Source: Blastocystis sp. Blastoise (lineage: Eukaryota; Protista; Bigyra: Opalinata). Taken from it: DNA of 64,000 nucleotides. Position numbers and translations under genes: made by a program. The stretch's first letter is position 1; every line of letters begins with the position of its first letter. The notes under the pieces are model-generated. The model did no database searches, had not been told where the DNA came from, and saw only the letters and a list, made by a program, of their open reading frames with translations. The DNA is taken from positions 620,001 to 684,000 of the forward strand of contig JBBPEB010000002.1 of the NCBI GenBank assembly GCA_039096225.1. The letters run 5' to 3'. Below, piece by piece: positions 9,319-18,047 of the stretch.

Positions 9319-12317
9319 TTTGGTATAGCATATAAAGTATTATCTATTAAAATTCGTTTTGTTGATGACGTATTATGATATTGATCTTCACTATAAACAA
9401 TTTCTTCTTTTTTAGATAAACAATTGGATAAACAGAATAAATCTGTATCCACACATTCATTATAAGTATTATCAATCATTAAACCACAAATACCAATAGC
9501 ATTCCCCCCCTTATAGAAATTTGAAGTATGTTTTCTATGAATATTCACAATATCTATAGAATTAAATGTATCTTTACTACTTAAACAACCAAATAAAGCA
9601 TTTGTAAATTTATCTAAATCCTTCTTAATCGTAAATTGATTATTATTATTCACTTTCTTATAACTATTAAAAATATCTTCAATAGTAACTACATTCAAAT
9701 AATAAGGATCTATAGTAATATGGTTATCAACAAAAGATTTCAAATCATATCCTTCTGTACTACGATCAAAGAATCGTTTCTTACATTCACTTATATGATA
9801 TTCATTATCTAATTCATGCATATCTAATTGCATACTAGAATAGAAATAATTACTTACTAGATAACTAAAGATAATTGAACGATTCTGATAGAATTTATCG
9901 GATAGAGTATAATCCATTTCATAATGATTTGGTTTCAATCTCTTTTCTACTGTCTGTTTACGTTTAGGTAAATTATGATCTACATAATCTTCATATAAAT
10001 TAGCATTACCAGGAGGGAAATAACGACAACATGATGGTAAGAAACAGACTCTTCTTTCAATAGGACCAGCATTCACAGCAGTAGGTTGGATATTACTTGT
10101 CATAAATAAAGTACCCGTGAAATGAACTTTTGTAAATATATTACTGAATAATTTACGGGCACTAGCACCTTCTTTCTTTTCTGCTATTTCTTTAAAGACT
10201 TTAGAAGAGAATGGATTAAATGTTTTCTTTCTACCAGTAACATCTTCTTCTATTAATTCATTCATATAATACATTGTTTTATTAGACATATCTACAATCT
10301 TAGGAGCTATAGATGTTTCTTCTAAATTATCTGGATTTACTATAATACATTGATTACTACCTACAATACGAGATATTAAATCAGTTGTTATTGTTTTACC
10401 ATTACTACCTGTACTACCATATAATATATAAGAAACTGTTTTCTGAGTATTGACATAGAAAGCAGTGGTTAAGATACGTAACATAATACTTTCATATTTC
10501 TTATCGAATTCACAATATCTTGCAATATGTTGTTCAAATAATTGGATAATATCTTTCTGTTCATTATTAATATTCCAACTTACATTAAATTCAGTATCAA
10601 TTAATAAATCTTCAAACACCATATCTTCTTTATGATATGGTTGGATATAATATTGTCTAGGATCTTCTTCTGTAGATTCTTTTGGATATAAATAACCAAG
10701 TTGTGTATAGATAACACGTTCTTTATGAACCATATAAGTATCTAAATATTCTTTATAAGATTTACCATAAGTCTTCAAATAACGATTCAACCATTCTTTA
10801 TAATGATATTCATTAGTAACAGAAGCAGACATTATTTTATCAACAATTTTTTGATGCTGTTCATTCTCTTTGGAATATAATCTTGATAATTTGAATTTCT
10901 CTACAATCGATTTCATAAATGTAGTTATTTTGGTTTCAAAGAAATTAATATCATAATTATTCTTACAACGTCTTAAGATATTATATTCATCAAATGTATA
11001 TAAGATAAAATTATCTTTATCTAATATAATAGATACAATTTCATTAAATTCTAATAATTGAAATAACATAACTAATGTTTGTGAATCTACAAGATTAAAG
11101 GATTGAATACATTCTAAAATAGACATAAATATGAAATCATTATCATCATCTTTATTAAATAATTTATTATCCATTAATATCTTCAAAATATAATTATTCG
11201 ATAAATGAGTAGGATCAACTTGTATATGATTCCATGTAGATTCAATTACATCATCACTTCGATCATGACCATAACGTAATGAATAATTTTTAAATAATTC
11301 TAATCCTCTTGTTGTATTACAAATCTGTTTTGCTGCACAACATAATTTATACCAAGTATTATGGGATTCAAAATAATTCATATCTTCAATAGAACCAATC
11401 AATAATAAATATCGTTCTAATAAAGCTTCTTTAGATGCTGTAGTATCCAATATAGTATCTGTAGAAATCAACATAGGAATATCTTTAATATCTTGTATAG
11501 AACATAATATAGTACGTGAACAATTATTTAATCTTGCATAATAACGTTTATAACGTGAATATTGTTTTAATTTATAAAAAGTAATAGGATTAATAATATC
11601 ACTTATAATATCATCTTCATTCTTATAATTCAATAATGTTTTGAAATAATAATGTTCATCGATTTCATCATCTATTTTCTTCCATGTTTTATTGGTATAT
11701 TCTTCATATAATTTATAAGTAGATGGAGAATTATCTTTACTACAACCAAGAAACATACAACCATTATTCTTTCTTGGTTTACCAATAACATTATAATCAA
11801 TGAATTCTTTTATATCTAAATTATTCATTTTACATAAATCAACCAATTTTGTATTCAGAATCATACTATTATATAAGAAAAATAAATAATCACCATTTAC
11901 AAACCAATTTGTATATATATGAATTCCCCATGAATAATGTATTTCATTATGAACTGTCTTCTTATTCACTTCTTTCTTTGTATACAGAAGCGAAATAAAT
12001 TCTTGATTATAATAATGAATACAATGATTACACATTTCTTCTATAAATTCATGAATAAAAGAATCTGTTAGAAAAGAAAAATCATTTGATATTTGGTGAT
12101 AATCTAAATCAAACCATAATCTTCTATAATTAGTTGATGTATTACAAGGAGTACAATCAATATAATGTAATAATTCTTTTGGATTTTGATAATTAGTAAA
12201 TAGACTTTTATAAAATGGTAATGGATTTGGTATAATAATTTCACTATGATTATCTTTTGAATTATCATGATTAAAGGAACCAAAAGTATAAACAAAATGA
12301 ATTTGTGAATTTTCCAT
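9315..12317 (-). CDS. AEP primase - PriCT - superfamily 3 (D5-like) helicase fusion
   Basis: LWFDLD (DxD), WGIHIY, FIDYNV primase motifs; HNTWYKLCCAAK...FKNYS PriCT-2-like; GSTGSNGKT Walker A, YMNE Walker B, FMTSN motif C, IERR Arg finger. Confidence 0.9.
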   Translation of the reverse strand: MENSQIHFVYTFGSFNHDNSKDNHSEIIIPNPLPFYKSLFTNYQNPKELLHYIDCTPCNTSTNYRRLWFDLDYHQISNDFSFLTDSFIHEFIEEMCNHCIHYYNQEFISLLYTKKEVNKKTVHNEIHYSWGIHIYTNWFVNGDYLFFLYNSMILNTKLVDLCKMNNLDIKEFIDYNVIGKPRKNNGCMFLGCSKDNSPSTYKLYEEYTNKTWKKIDDEIDEHYYFKTLLNYKNEDDIISDIINPITFYKLKQYSRYKRYYARLNNCSRTILCSIQDIKDIPMLISTDTILDTTASKEALLERYLLLIGSIEDMNYFESHNTWYKLCCAAKQICNTTRGLELFKNYSLRYGHDRSDDVIESTWNHIQVDPTHLSNNYILKILMDNKLFNKDDDNDFIFMSILECIQSFNLVDSQTLVMLFQLLEFNEIVSIILDKDNFILYTFDEYNILRRCKNNYDINFFETKITTFMKSIVEKFKLSRLYSKENEQHQKIVDKIMSASVTNEYHYKEWLNRYLKTYGKSYKEYLDTYMVHKERVIYTQLGYLYPKESTEEDPRQYYIQPYHKEDMVFEDLLIDTEFNVSWNINNEQKDIIQLFEQHIARYCEFDKKYESIMLRILTTAFYVNTQKTVSYILYGSTGSNGKTITTDLISRIVGSNQCIIVNPDNLEETSIAPKIVDMSNKTMYYMNELIEEDVTGRKKTFNPFSSKVFKEIAEKKEGASARKLFSNIFTKVHFTGTLFMTSNIQPTAVNAGPIERRVCFLPSCCRYFPPGNANLYEDYVDHNLPKRKQTVEKRLKPNHYEMDYTLSDKFYQNRSIIFSYLVSNYFYSSMQLDMHELDNEYHISECKKRFFDRSTEGYDLKSFVDNHITIDPYYLNVVTIEDIFNSYKKVNNNNQFTIKKDLDKFTNALFGCLSSKDTFNSIDIVNIHRKHTSNFYKGGNAIGICGLMIDNTYNECVDTDLFCLSNCLSKKEEIVYSEDQYHNTSSTKRILIDNTLYAIPN

Positions 12318-12403
12318 GATTATTTGACTTATAAATAATGAAAATAATTATAATACAACATTTAAAACAAATAATATATTAAAGATTCTAGAAGTCAGTT
12401 TTG

Positions 12404-12451
12404 GAAGCTTCTAGAACATTCTAGAACATTCAAGAACATTCTAGAACATTC
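12404..12451. promoter_or_regulatory. Heat-shock-element-like array (10 alternating nGAAn units) upstream of primase-helicase
   Basis: GAAgcTTCtaGAAcaTTCtaGAAcaTTCaaGAAcaTTCtaGAAcaTTC. Confidence 0.7.
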
Positions 12452-12485
12452 TATAATAGTAAATATTACTTTATATTTTTAAATG

Positions 12486-12533
12486 TTCTAGAACCTTCTA
12501 GAACCTTCTAGAACCTTCTAGAACCTTCTAGAA
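12486..12533. promoter_or_regulatory. Second heat-shock-element-like array (10 units) upstream of primase-helicase
   Basis: TTCtaGAAcc repeated five times, last spacer ca. Confidence 0.7.
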
Positions 12534-12643
12534 CATCCTTTTTATACTTTAGTGTTTTAAATGTATATATAATAAACAAAACAATTTTCAATGATTTTTT
12601 ACAAGTTTATAAGTAAAACTAGAAAAATAAACAAGAAAAATAA

Positions 12644-13267
12644 TTAAATTTCAATTGGTTCTTGACTATTAATATATGTACATGAATGAGGCCATCCATT
12701 CTTATCATATAAAATACCATCCCAGAAATACATTTGTTTTGAAGGATCTCTTTTAATCTTGTTAATACTCTTAGCATGAACAACTTCATAAGAATAAACT
12801 TTACCTTTTTCATCATAAAGAAATCCATCTTCCATATGGAATTTCATAATATCAAAATCATCATCTTTAGAATTCGAATGTTCTTTAGAATCTTCAGAAC
12901 ATAAAATAGTAGTTCTATCACTTTCTAAAAGATCTTCAGTATTGATAATATCTTGAATATCTTGTTCTTCATTAAGTTGTTGAGTATAAATATCAGCAGC
13001 GAATTCTTCATAATCTTCAAGACCTTTAATAACCGCGTTTATACGTTTTAAAGCTGATCTATAGTTTTCGACTTCGAAAGAAGCAAGACGTTCTTTAGAT
13101 TTTGCAATACCCAATAGATTCTTTTCTCTATTCAATTGAGACTGATGTAAATCAATATCACGAAGAACATTCTTATGAACTTCAACAGCCTTCTTAGAAT
13201 TCTTAAGAAGTTCCATACGAACAGTTTGAAGACATTTACGGGAATCAGCAGAAAGATTAAATTGCAT
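12644..13267 (-). CDS. Hypothetical viral protein with N-terminal coiled coil
   Basis: ORF track starts at TTG 13312; first ATG is 13267 (MQFNLSAD). Charged helical-looking N-half. Confidence 0.7.
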   Translation of the reverse strand: MQFNLSADSRKCLQTVRMELLKNSKKAVEVHKNVLRDIDLHQSQLNREKNLLGIAKSKERLASFEVENYRSALKRINAVIKGLEDYEEFAADIYTQQLNEEQDIQDIINTEDLLESDRTTILCSEDSKEHSNSKDDDFDIMKFHMEDGFLYDEKGKVYSYEVVHAKSINKIKRDPSKQMYFWDGILYDKNGWPHSCTYINSQEPIEI

Positions 13268-13378
13268 TATAATCGCGAATATCGTTACAGAGAGAAAATT
13301 TGTATTTATCAAAATGAAATAAATAATACATTTAAATGGAATATTAAATATTCTAGGAGACAGTGTAGAATCTCTATG

Positions 13379-13396
13379 GAATGTTCTAGAAGGTTC
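13379..13396. promoter_or_regulatory. HSE-like array (4 units) in a divergent promoter that also has three inverted CCAAT boxes
   Basis: GAAtgTTCtaGAAggTTC; ATTGG near 13402, 13475 and 13545. Confidence 0.55.
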
Positions 13397-13665
13397 ATTT
13401 GATTGGCTAATTTTGTCGACTTAGCATTTTTTATTTGTGTTTCAATGACGAGTATAGTTGGCATCTGTAATCTGATTGGATAAAAAAATTAGTAAAACAC
13501 AATTAGACGATGACGACGATGTGTCATACGAAATAAGTTATTTTATTGGCTTATTTTCCAGCTGGAAGCAATAGGCTTTTGTTAGCAACTGAAATGAAGA
13601 ACTGTACACTAAAAATAGTATATTTAATATATTGTATAAAAATACTTTTGAAGGTTTAAATAATC

Positions 13666-14193
13666 ATGGAAATTTCTGATAGTCTTTCTGCCAGTTTATC
13701 CCCTTTCGGTCAAGCCATGATATCCCCCTTGTTGAATCCATTTGAAAATAGTGTTTCTGCAAATCCTATGGCTTTACCCAATGATAATGATTTCTGTTTT
13801 AATTCGCGTGACGAAATCATGTTTGAAGATCCACCTCAAGATATTCATCCAATCAATGATGTTTACGTATCTAAAAATCCAGATAGATATCATTCGGTTA
13901 ACAATCAACCAATACAATTTCAAGATCAAGTAAATACAAATCCTAATAAGCAAGCATTATTATTTACAAATGAGGAGTTAACAAATATATCCAGTCAATT
14001 CGAATCTTTATTTCAAACTATTGAAACAGCTGATAATATATTAAATGGTATTTATTGTACTGTTGATCATTTAAAAACAAAGATTGAAAGTCAGAAACAA
14101 GATTTGAAACAGATTCATGATGATTCTAAAGAAATTGTTTCATTATTATCCGAATATTCTATTCCTTCTATGTCTGAAATATTTGATCATTAA
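13666..14193 (+). CDS. Hypothetical viral protein (acidic/Pro-rich N-terminus, C-terminal coiled coil)
   Basis: 175 aa ORF; heptad-like C-terminal region; TTGTTTTGTT about 25 nt after the stop. Confidence 0.7.
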   Translation: MEISDSLSASLSPFGQAMISPLLNPFENSVSANPMALPNDNDFCFNSRDEIMFEDPPQDIHPINDVYVSKNPDRYHSVNNQPIQFQDQVNTNPNKQALLFTNEELTNISSQFESLFQTIETADNILNGIYCTVDHLKTKIESQKQDLKQIHDDSKEIVSLLSEYSIPSMSEIFDH

Positions 14194-14284
14194 TTATTTT
14201 TATTTAATTAATTATTTTGTTTTGTTTATTTTTTTTTTAATTAATTACACAAAGTTTAAATGGAGAATAGAATAGTTTCAAATA

Positions 14285-14391
14285 GAATTCTTGAATGGTC
14301 TAATGGATCTATTAAAGAAATATGTAACCACAGTATCATGGTTCGATTCCGTTAAAATGTTTCCATTAGATTATTCAAGTGTTCTTTTTTT
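14285..14391 (+). ncRNA. Candidate Pol III small RNA, VA-RNA/vault-RNA-like architecture
   Basis: A-box TGGTCTAATGG 14296-14306, B-box GGTTCGATTCC 14340-14350, T7 at 14385-14391; 14290-14307 pairs with 14362-14379 (18 bp, two G-U). Confidence 0.65.
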
Positions 14392-14437
14392 CTAGAACCT
14401 TCTCGAACCTTCTAGAACCTTCTCGAACATTCTGGAA
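14390..14437. promoter_or_regulatory. HSE-like array (10 units) upstream of the SSB-like gene
   Basis: TTCtaGAAccTTCtcGAAccTTCtaGAAccTTCtcGAAcaTTCtgGAA. Confidence 0.7.
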
Positions 14438-14514
14438 AATTGATTCATTTGAAAAGAATATCGTAATATATTAGTATTAAAATACTTATATTTTTACTAA
14501 ATACTTAACTAAAA

Positions 14515-15108
14515 ATGTCTTCAACTGAATTTAAGAAACCTACTATTCTTGATACTTCTAACTTTAATTTACAATGGGATGACACCAAAGAAAATGCTGT
14601 TCTTTTAAATAATAATCATCGTGTATGTATTTCTACTGATGCTACACCATGTTTATTTGGTTATATTGTTACACGTGATAAATGGACTTTATTAACAATT
14701 GAAGATGATAATCAAGTATTCTTAACTGCTTATAAAGAACTTTATCGTAAATTATGTGAATTATGTCCTGATGGTGATATTGTTAATTTTGTACGTATGG
14801 ATAATGGTAAATATAAGATTACAATTAAAGTACCTATTAATGCATCGAAGAATGTTACTATTGATATCACTGATAAAAGAGATAAGAAGATTAATATCGG
14901 TAAAGATCCTAAGTTAACTTACGAAGAAATACGTGAAAAGTATATTCCACCAAATACGTTATGTAAAGTATTATTTACAATACATGGTATTCATCGTTAT
15001 AATAACAAGTATTATATTGGTTTATATGCTCGTTCTATTAAAGTCATCGATAAATCTACGAAGAATACTAATAGTAATGATACTATTATTGATTTAACTA
15101 ATTTATAA
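14515..15108 (+). CDS. Probable OB-fold single-stranded DNA-binding protein (viral, DUF2738/gp2.5-like)
   Basis: C-terminal pattern IPPNTLCKVLFTIHGIHRYNNKYYIGLYARSIKVI resembles viral SSB OB-fold strands; shares the upstream array with the primase-helicase. Confidence 0.55.
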   Translation: MSSTEFKKPTILDTSNFNLQWDDTKENAVLLNNNHRVCISTDATPCLFGYIVTRDKWTLLTIEDDNQVFLTAYKELYRKLCELCPDGDIVNFVRMDNGKYKITIKVPINASKNVTIDITDKRDKKINIGKDPKLTYEEIREKYIPPNTLCKVLFTIHGIHRYNNKYYIGLYARSIKVIDKSTKNTNSNDTIIDLTNL

Positions 15109-15183
15109 ATTTTTAATGTTAAATTTATTTTTTATTAATATATTTGTTTTGTTTATAAATAATTTTATAATTGAAATAAAAAA

Positions 15184-16911
15184 ATGCAAAGTTGTATATT
15201 AGGAATGCCAAGTCCTGGTACTTTTGGTATGAATTTAATTTCAACTGGAAAAGAATATAGGCGATATAATACACAACCATTACATAAAATGGATCAATAT
15301 AATCCAATATTTCATGAAATAGGTCCAAATTCATCTATGCCTGTGTCTACTTTAGAAAGTAAAGAAATACATGATGGTAAAGAAGATGATTATGTAGATC
15401 GTTCTAAAACATTTGGTAAAGATGCTGTTCCACAAGGAAATGGTGCATTAATTCGTGCTAGAGCAGCAGGTAAAGGAATAATGAAAGCAGCTGGTCCAGA
15501 AGAAGATAAAATAGATGGTGAAGATCGTCAATATAAAGTATTAAATCCATGTAAACCAAGACGTAAATCTGGTAGAGGAATTATTCCAAATAAATCAGAA
15601 ATCAATAAATTAGAGAATAATCAAGGTTCTGGTATTGGTGATGCAATTAAAAATAAAGTAAAAGATATGTATCAACGAAATGTATTAGATATAAGAGATG
15701 CTATTGTAGATAAAAAAGCTAATAGAAAAGCTCGTGATGCATTAGCTATTTTAGCTCAATATGTTGGTGACGGTCATCATGATCTTGATGATGAATTCAA
15801 AAGATTCTATGAACATAAAATTAAACGTGGTGGAAAGATTCCTATATCAGTTGCTTCAGCAATTATGAATGCAATTAAAAATAAGAAAATGATTAAGAAT
15901 CCAAAATTAAGAAGAATGTTAAGACCTTCAATTATACCAAAATATATAGATTTAGATTCAGCTCAAAGTGGTGATGGTATATTAAGAGTAAAAAGAGGTG
16001 GTGGATTCTGGAGTGGAGTTATGAACTATGCACCAGCTCTATTAGGTGTAGTTGATAAAGGTATGGATTCTTTTGCTAAAGGTAGAAAAGCTTATTATGA
16101 TACACATTTGGCACAACAATCAAGTGAATTAAATGATATGGAATTTGAAATGGAAAAATTAAAACGTCAACAAGCATTAAATGAAATGAAAAAGCAAATA
16201 GGTAATGGTATAGTAATGGGAACAATTAATGATGGTTACGATACAGTTGAACGACAATCAGAATTATTAGATCAAGAAGTGCAACCATTAAGAGATTTGC
16301 ACAGTATGAAACAACAACTTAGAAAGAATCTTCCTGTTCGTCAACCACCTCCTCCAGCAGCACCCATTCAACCACAACCAGAAATTGAACCTGAATTGAA
16401 TGTTGATACATTTGATATACCTCAAAATGATACACCAAGACATCCACAAACTCAACAACCTCCTCAACCTTATAAACCCATGTCTCGTGATGAACAAAGT
16501 TATTATTATAAGATTTATGGTTTCCCTCAAAATGATAAAGAGAAAGTCGATAGAAAATGGAAAGAAGATGAAAGGGATAAACGAATAGCTGCAAGAAGAG
16601 CTAAACGTAGAGGTTATGGTGGTCGAGTTAAATTAAGTAAAGCAGAATTCTTAGAACGAATGAGAAGAGGAAAAGAAGCTAAAAAGAAAAGAGGTGGTGA
16701 TTTGAATCCATTAGTATCATTTTATACAGATTTTATAATACCTGCAGGAGTGGCACGAAAAAAACGTAAAATACAAGAGGCTGATTTAAAACAATTACAA
16801 ATTATAAAACAGAAAAGAGATAATAATGAAACATTAAATACAGGTGACGAATTGTTCTGGAAAAAAAAGAAGTATATGTTATCAAAAAACTCAGGGGAGG
16901 GGATCTGGTAA
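15184..16911 (+). CDS. Basic core protein precursor with repeated adenain-type G-x-G / GG cleavage motifs
   Basis: 575 aa, Lys/Arg-rich; QGNGAL, AGKGIM, SGRGII, QGSGIG, RGGKI, SGDGIL, RGGGFW, IGNGIV, YGGRV, RGGDL, SGEGIW; adjacent to the protease. Confidence 0.7.
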   Translation: MQSCILGMPSPGTFGMNLISTGKEYRRYNTQPLHKMDQYNPIFHEIGPNSSMPVSTLESKEIHDGKEDDYVDRSKTFGKDAVPQGNGALIRARAAGKGIMKAAGPEEDKIDGEDRQYKVLNPCKPRRKSGRGIIPNKSEINKLENNQGSGIGDAIKNKVKDMYQRNVLDIRDAIVDKKANRKARDALAILAQYVGDGHHDLDDEFKRFYEHKIKRGGKIPISVASAIMNAIKNKKMIKNPKLRRMLRPSIIPKYIDLDSAQSGDGILRVKRGGGFWSGVMNYAPALLGVVDKGMDSFAKGRKAYYDTHLAQQSSELNDMEFEMEKLKRQQALNEMKKQIGNGIVMGTINDGYDTVERQSELLDQEVQPLRDLHSMKQQLRKNLPVRQPPPPAAPIQPQPEIEPELNVDTFDIPQNDTPRHPQTQQPPQPYKPMSRDEQSYYYKIYGFPQNDKEKVDRKWKEDERDKRIAARRAKRRGYGGRVKLSKAEFLERMRRGKEAKKKRGGDLNPLVSFYTDFIIPAGVARKKRKIQEADLKQLQIIKQKRDNNETLNTGDELFWKKKKYMLSKNSGEGIW

Positions 16912-17003
16912 AGAGTAAAGATGAAAAACTTATTCAAAATTCAATGAATTGCGATAATCCTATTATATCTGATAAAACTCGTCATGTTACTCCTAGATCC
17001 CCT
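16884..17003 (+). other. Candidate -1 programmed ribosomal frameshift signal linking core precursor to protease
   Basis: In-frame A_AAA_AAC (16884-16890), 7-nt spacer, AGGGGATCTGG (16898-16908) pairing with CTAGATCCCCT (16993-17003); the -1 frame is the protease frame and is open from 16848. Confidence 0.7.
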
Positions 17004-17477
17004 GATAATTTTAAACAAACTCTATCTCAATATTGTAATATACCCAATTCTTTAATATCTCAATTATATAATTATGCTTATTTAAATAAACCTACTTCTT
17101 CTGTTGCTTGTGATCGTGCTGAAAATGTTATGAAACAATTAAATAAAACGAATTCTCAATCTTATAATTATTATAATAGTTATGATGATTTTGAACAAAA
17201 TATAGATCAAGATCAAACTAAATTTAATATGATCTTTCATGAAAGTCCTAGTGATCCTTATAATGGTCATTTTGAAGCTGTTATTTATAATGGTAATAAA
17301 AACATAGAACACTATTCATCATTAGGAAATGAACCTACTTTTTCAAAATCATTTATTCAAAATCATAATATTCAATATAATCCTATTCAACACCAAAAAA
17401 CTACAAGTAATGCAAATGGTTGCTTTTATTATTCTTTACTTTATTTACTTTCTAATGGAAATCTTATGCCTTGTTAA
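16944..17477 (+). CDS. Adenain/Ulp1-like (clan CE) maturation cysteine protease; frame open from 16848
   Basis: NGHFEAV (His), EHYSSLG (position of the usual FDSxG motif), IQHQ (oxyanion Gln), NGCFYYSLLYL (Cys). Confidence 0.78.
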   Translation: MNCDNPIISDKTRHVTPRSPDNFKQTLSQYCNIPNSLISQLYNYAYLNKPTSSVACDRAENVMKQLNKTNSQSYNYYNSYDDFEQNIDQDQTKFNMIFHESPSDPYNGHFEAVIYNGNKNIEHYSSLGNEPTFSKSFIQNHNIQYNPIQHQKTTSNANGCFYYSLLYLLSNGNLMPC

Positions 17478-17481
17478 AACA

Positions 17482-17504
17482 TTCTAGAACATTCTAGAAC
17501 ATTC
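17482..17504. promoter_or_regulatory. HSE-like array (5 units) upstream of ORF 17600
   Basis: TTCtaGAAcaTTCtaGAAcaTTC. Confidence 0.55.
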
Positions 17505-17599
17505 ATTTTGAACTGGCTCTATTTGTAGAATCTTTAATTTATTATATTAGTGTTTTATATAATTAATTTGTTTTGTTTAATCATTGGTTAATTTAAATA

Positions 17600-17974
17600 A
17601 TGAACAAGAAATATCTTAGTTATTCTTATTTTTGTCGTGTGATGAAGAATCTAAAAGAAGAAGGAATTAAATCCAAAAAGAATGAAATAGCAAATCTATT
17701 AGAACAATTTTTAAATAATAATAACAACAAGAATCTTAGTGATTTGCAATTGAGTTACTGTAGAAATATGTTACTTTATATAGATGATCCTGTGATTCAT
17801 CAACGTCTTGAAATGCTATTGGATAAACAATATATGAAGAATGAGAATCAATATCAAGAGGATAAGAATCTTATTCAACCCAATAATATGTTTATGCCAA
17901 CTATGAAAAGTAATCAACAACAAAATCAATACCAAAATAATAATAATACTCTATCTTTCTTACCTTTTAATTAA
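17600..17974 (+). CDS. Hypothetical viral protein
   Basis: 124 aa ORF with Asn/Gln-rich tail, preceded by an HSE-like array. Confidence 0.6.
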   Translation: MNKKYLSYSYFCRVMKNLKEEGIKSKKNEIANLLEQFLNNNNNKNLSDLQLSYCRNMLLYIDDPVIHQRLEMLLDKQYMKNENQYQEDKNLIQPNNMFMPTMKSNQQQNQYQNNNNTLSFLPFN

Positions 17975-18047
17975 TTTTTATATCCTTTTATTACTAGTTG
18001 TTTAGTTATATTCAAATTTAAAGCAAAACAAGCATGAAAACACAAAA

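Noticed and set aside
12404-12533. CRISPR array or plain satellite reading of the TTCTAGAA repeats
   Set aside because: 10-bp period with no unique spacers and no cas genes in a eukaryotic context; variable spacers and promoter positions fit a binding-site array better.
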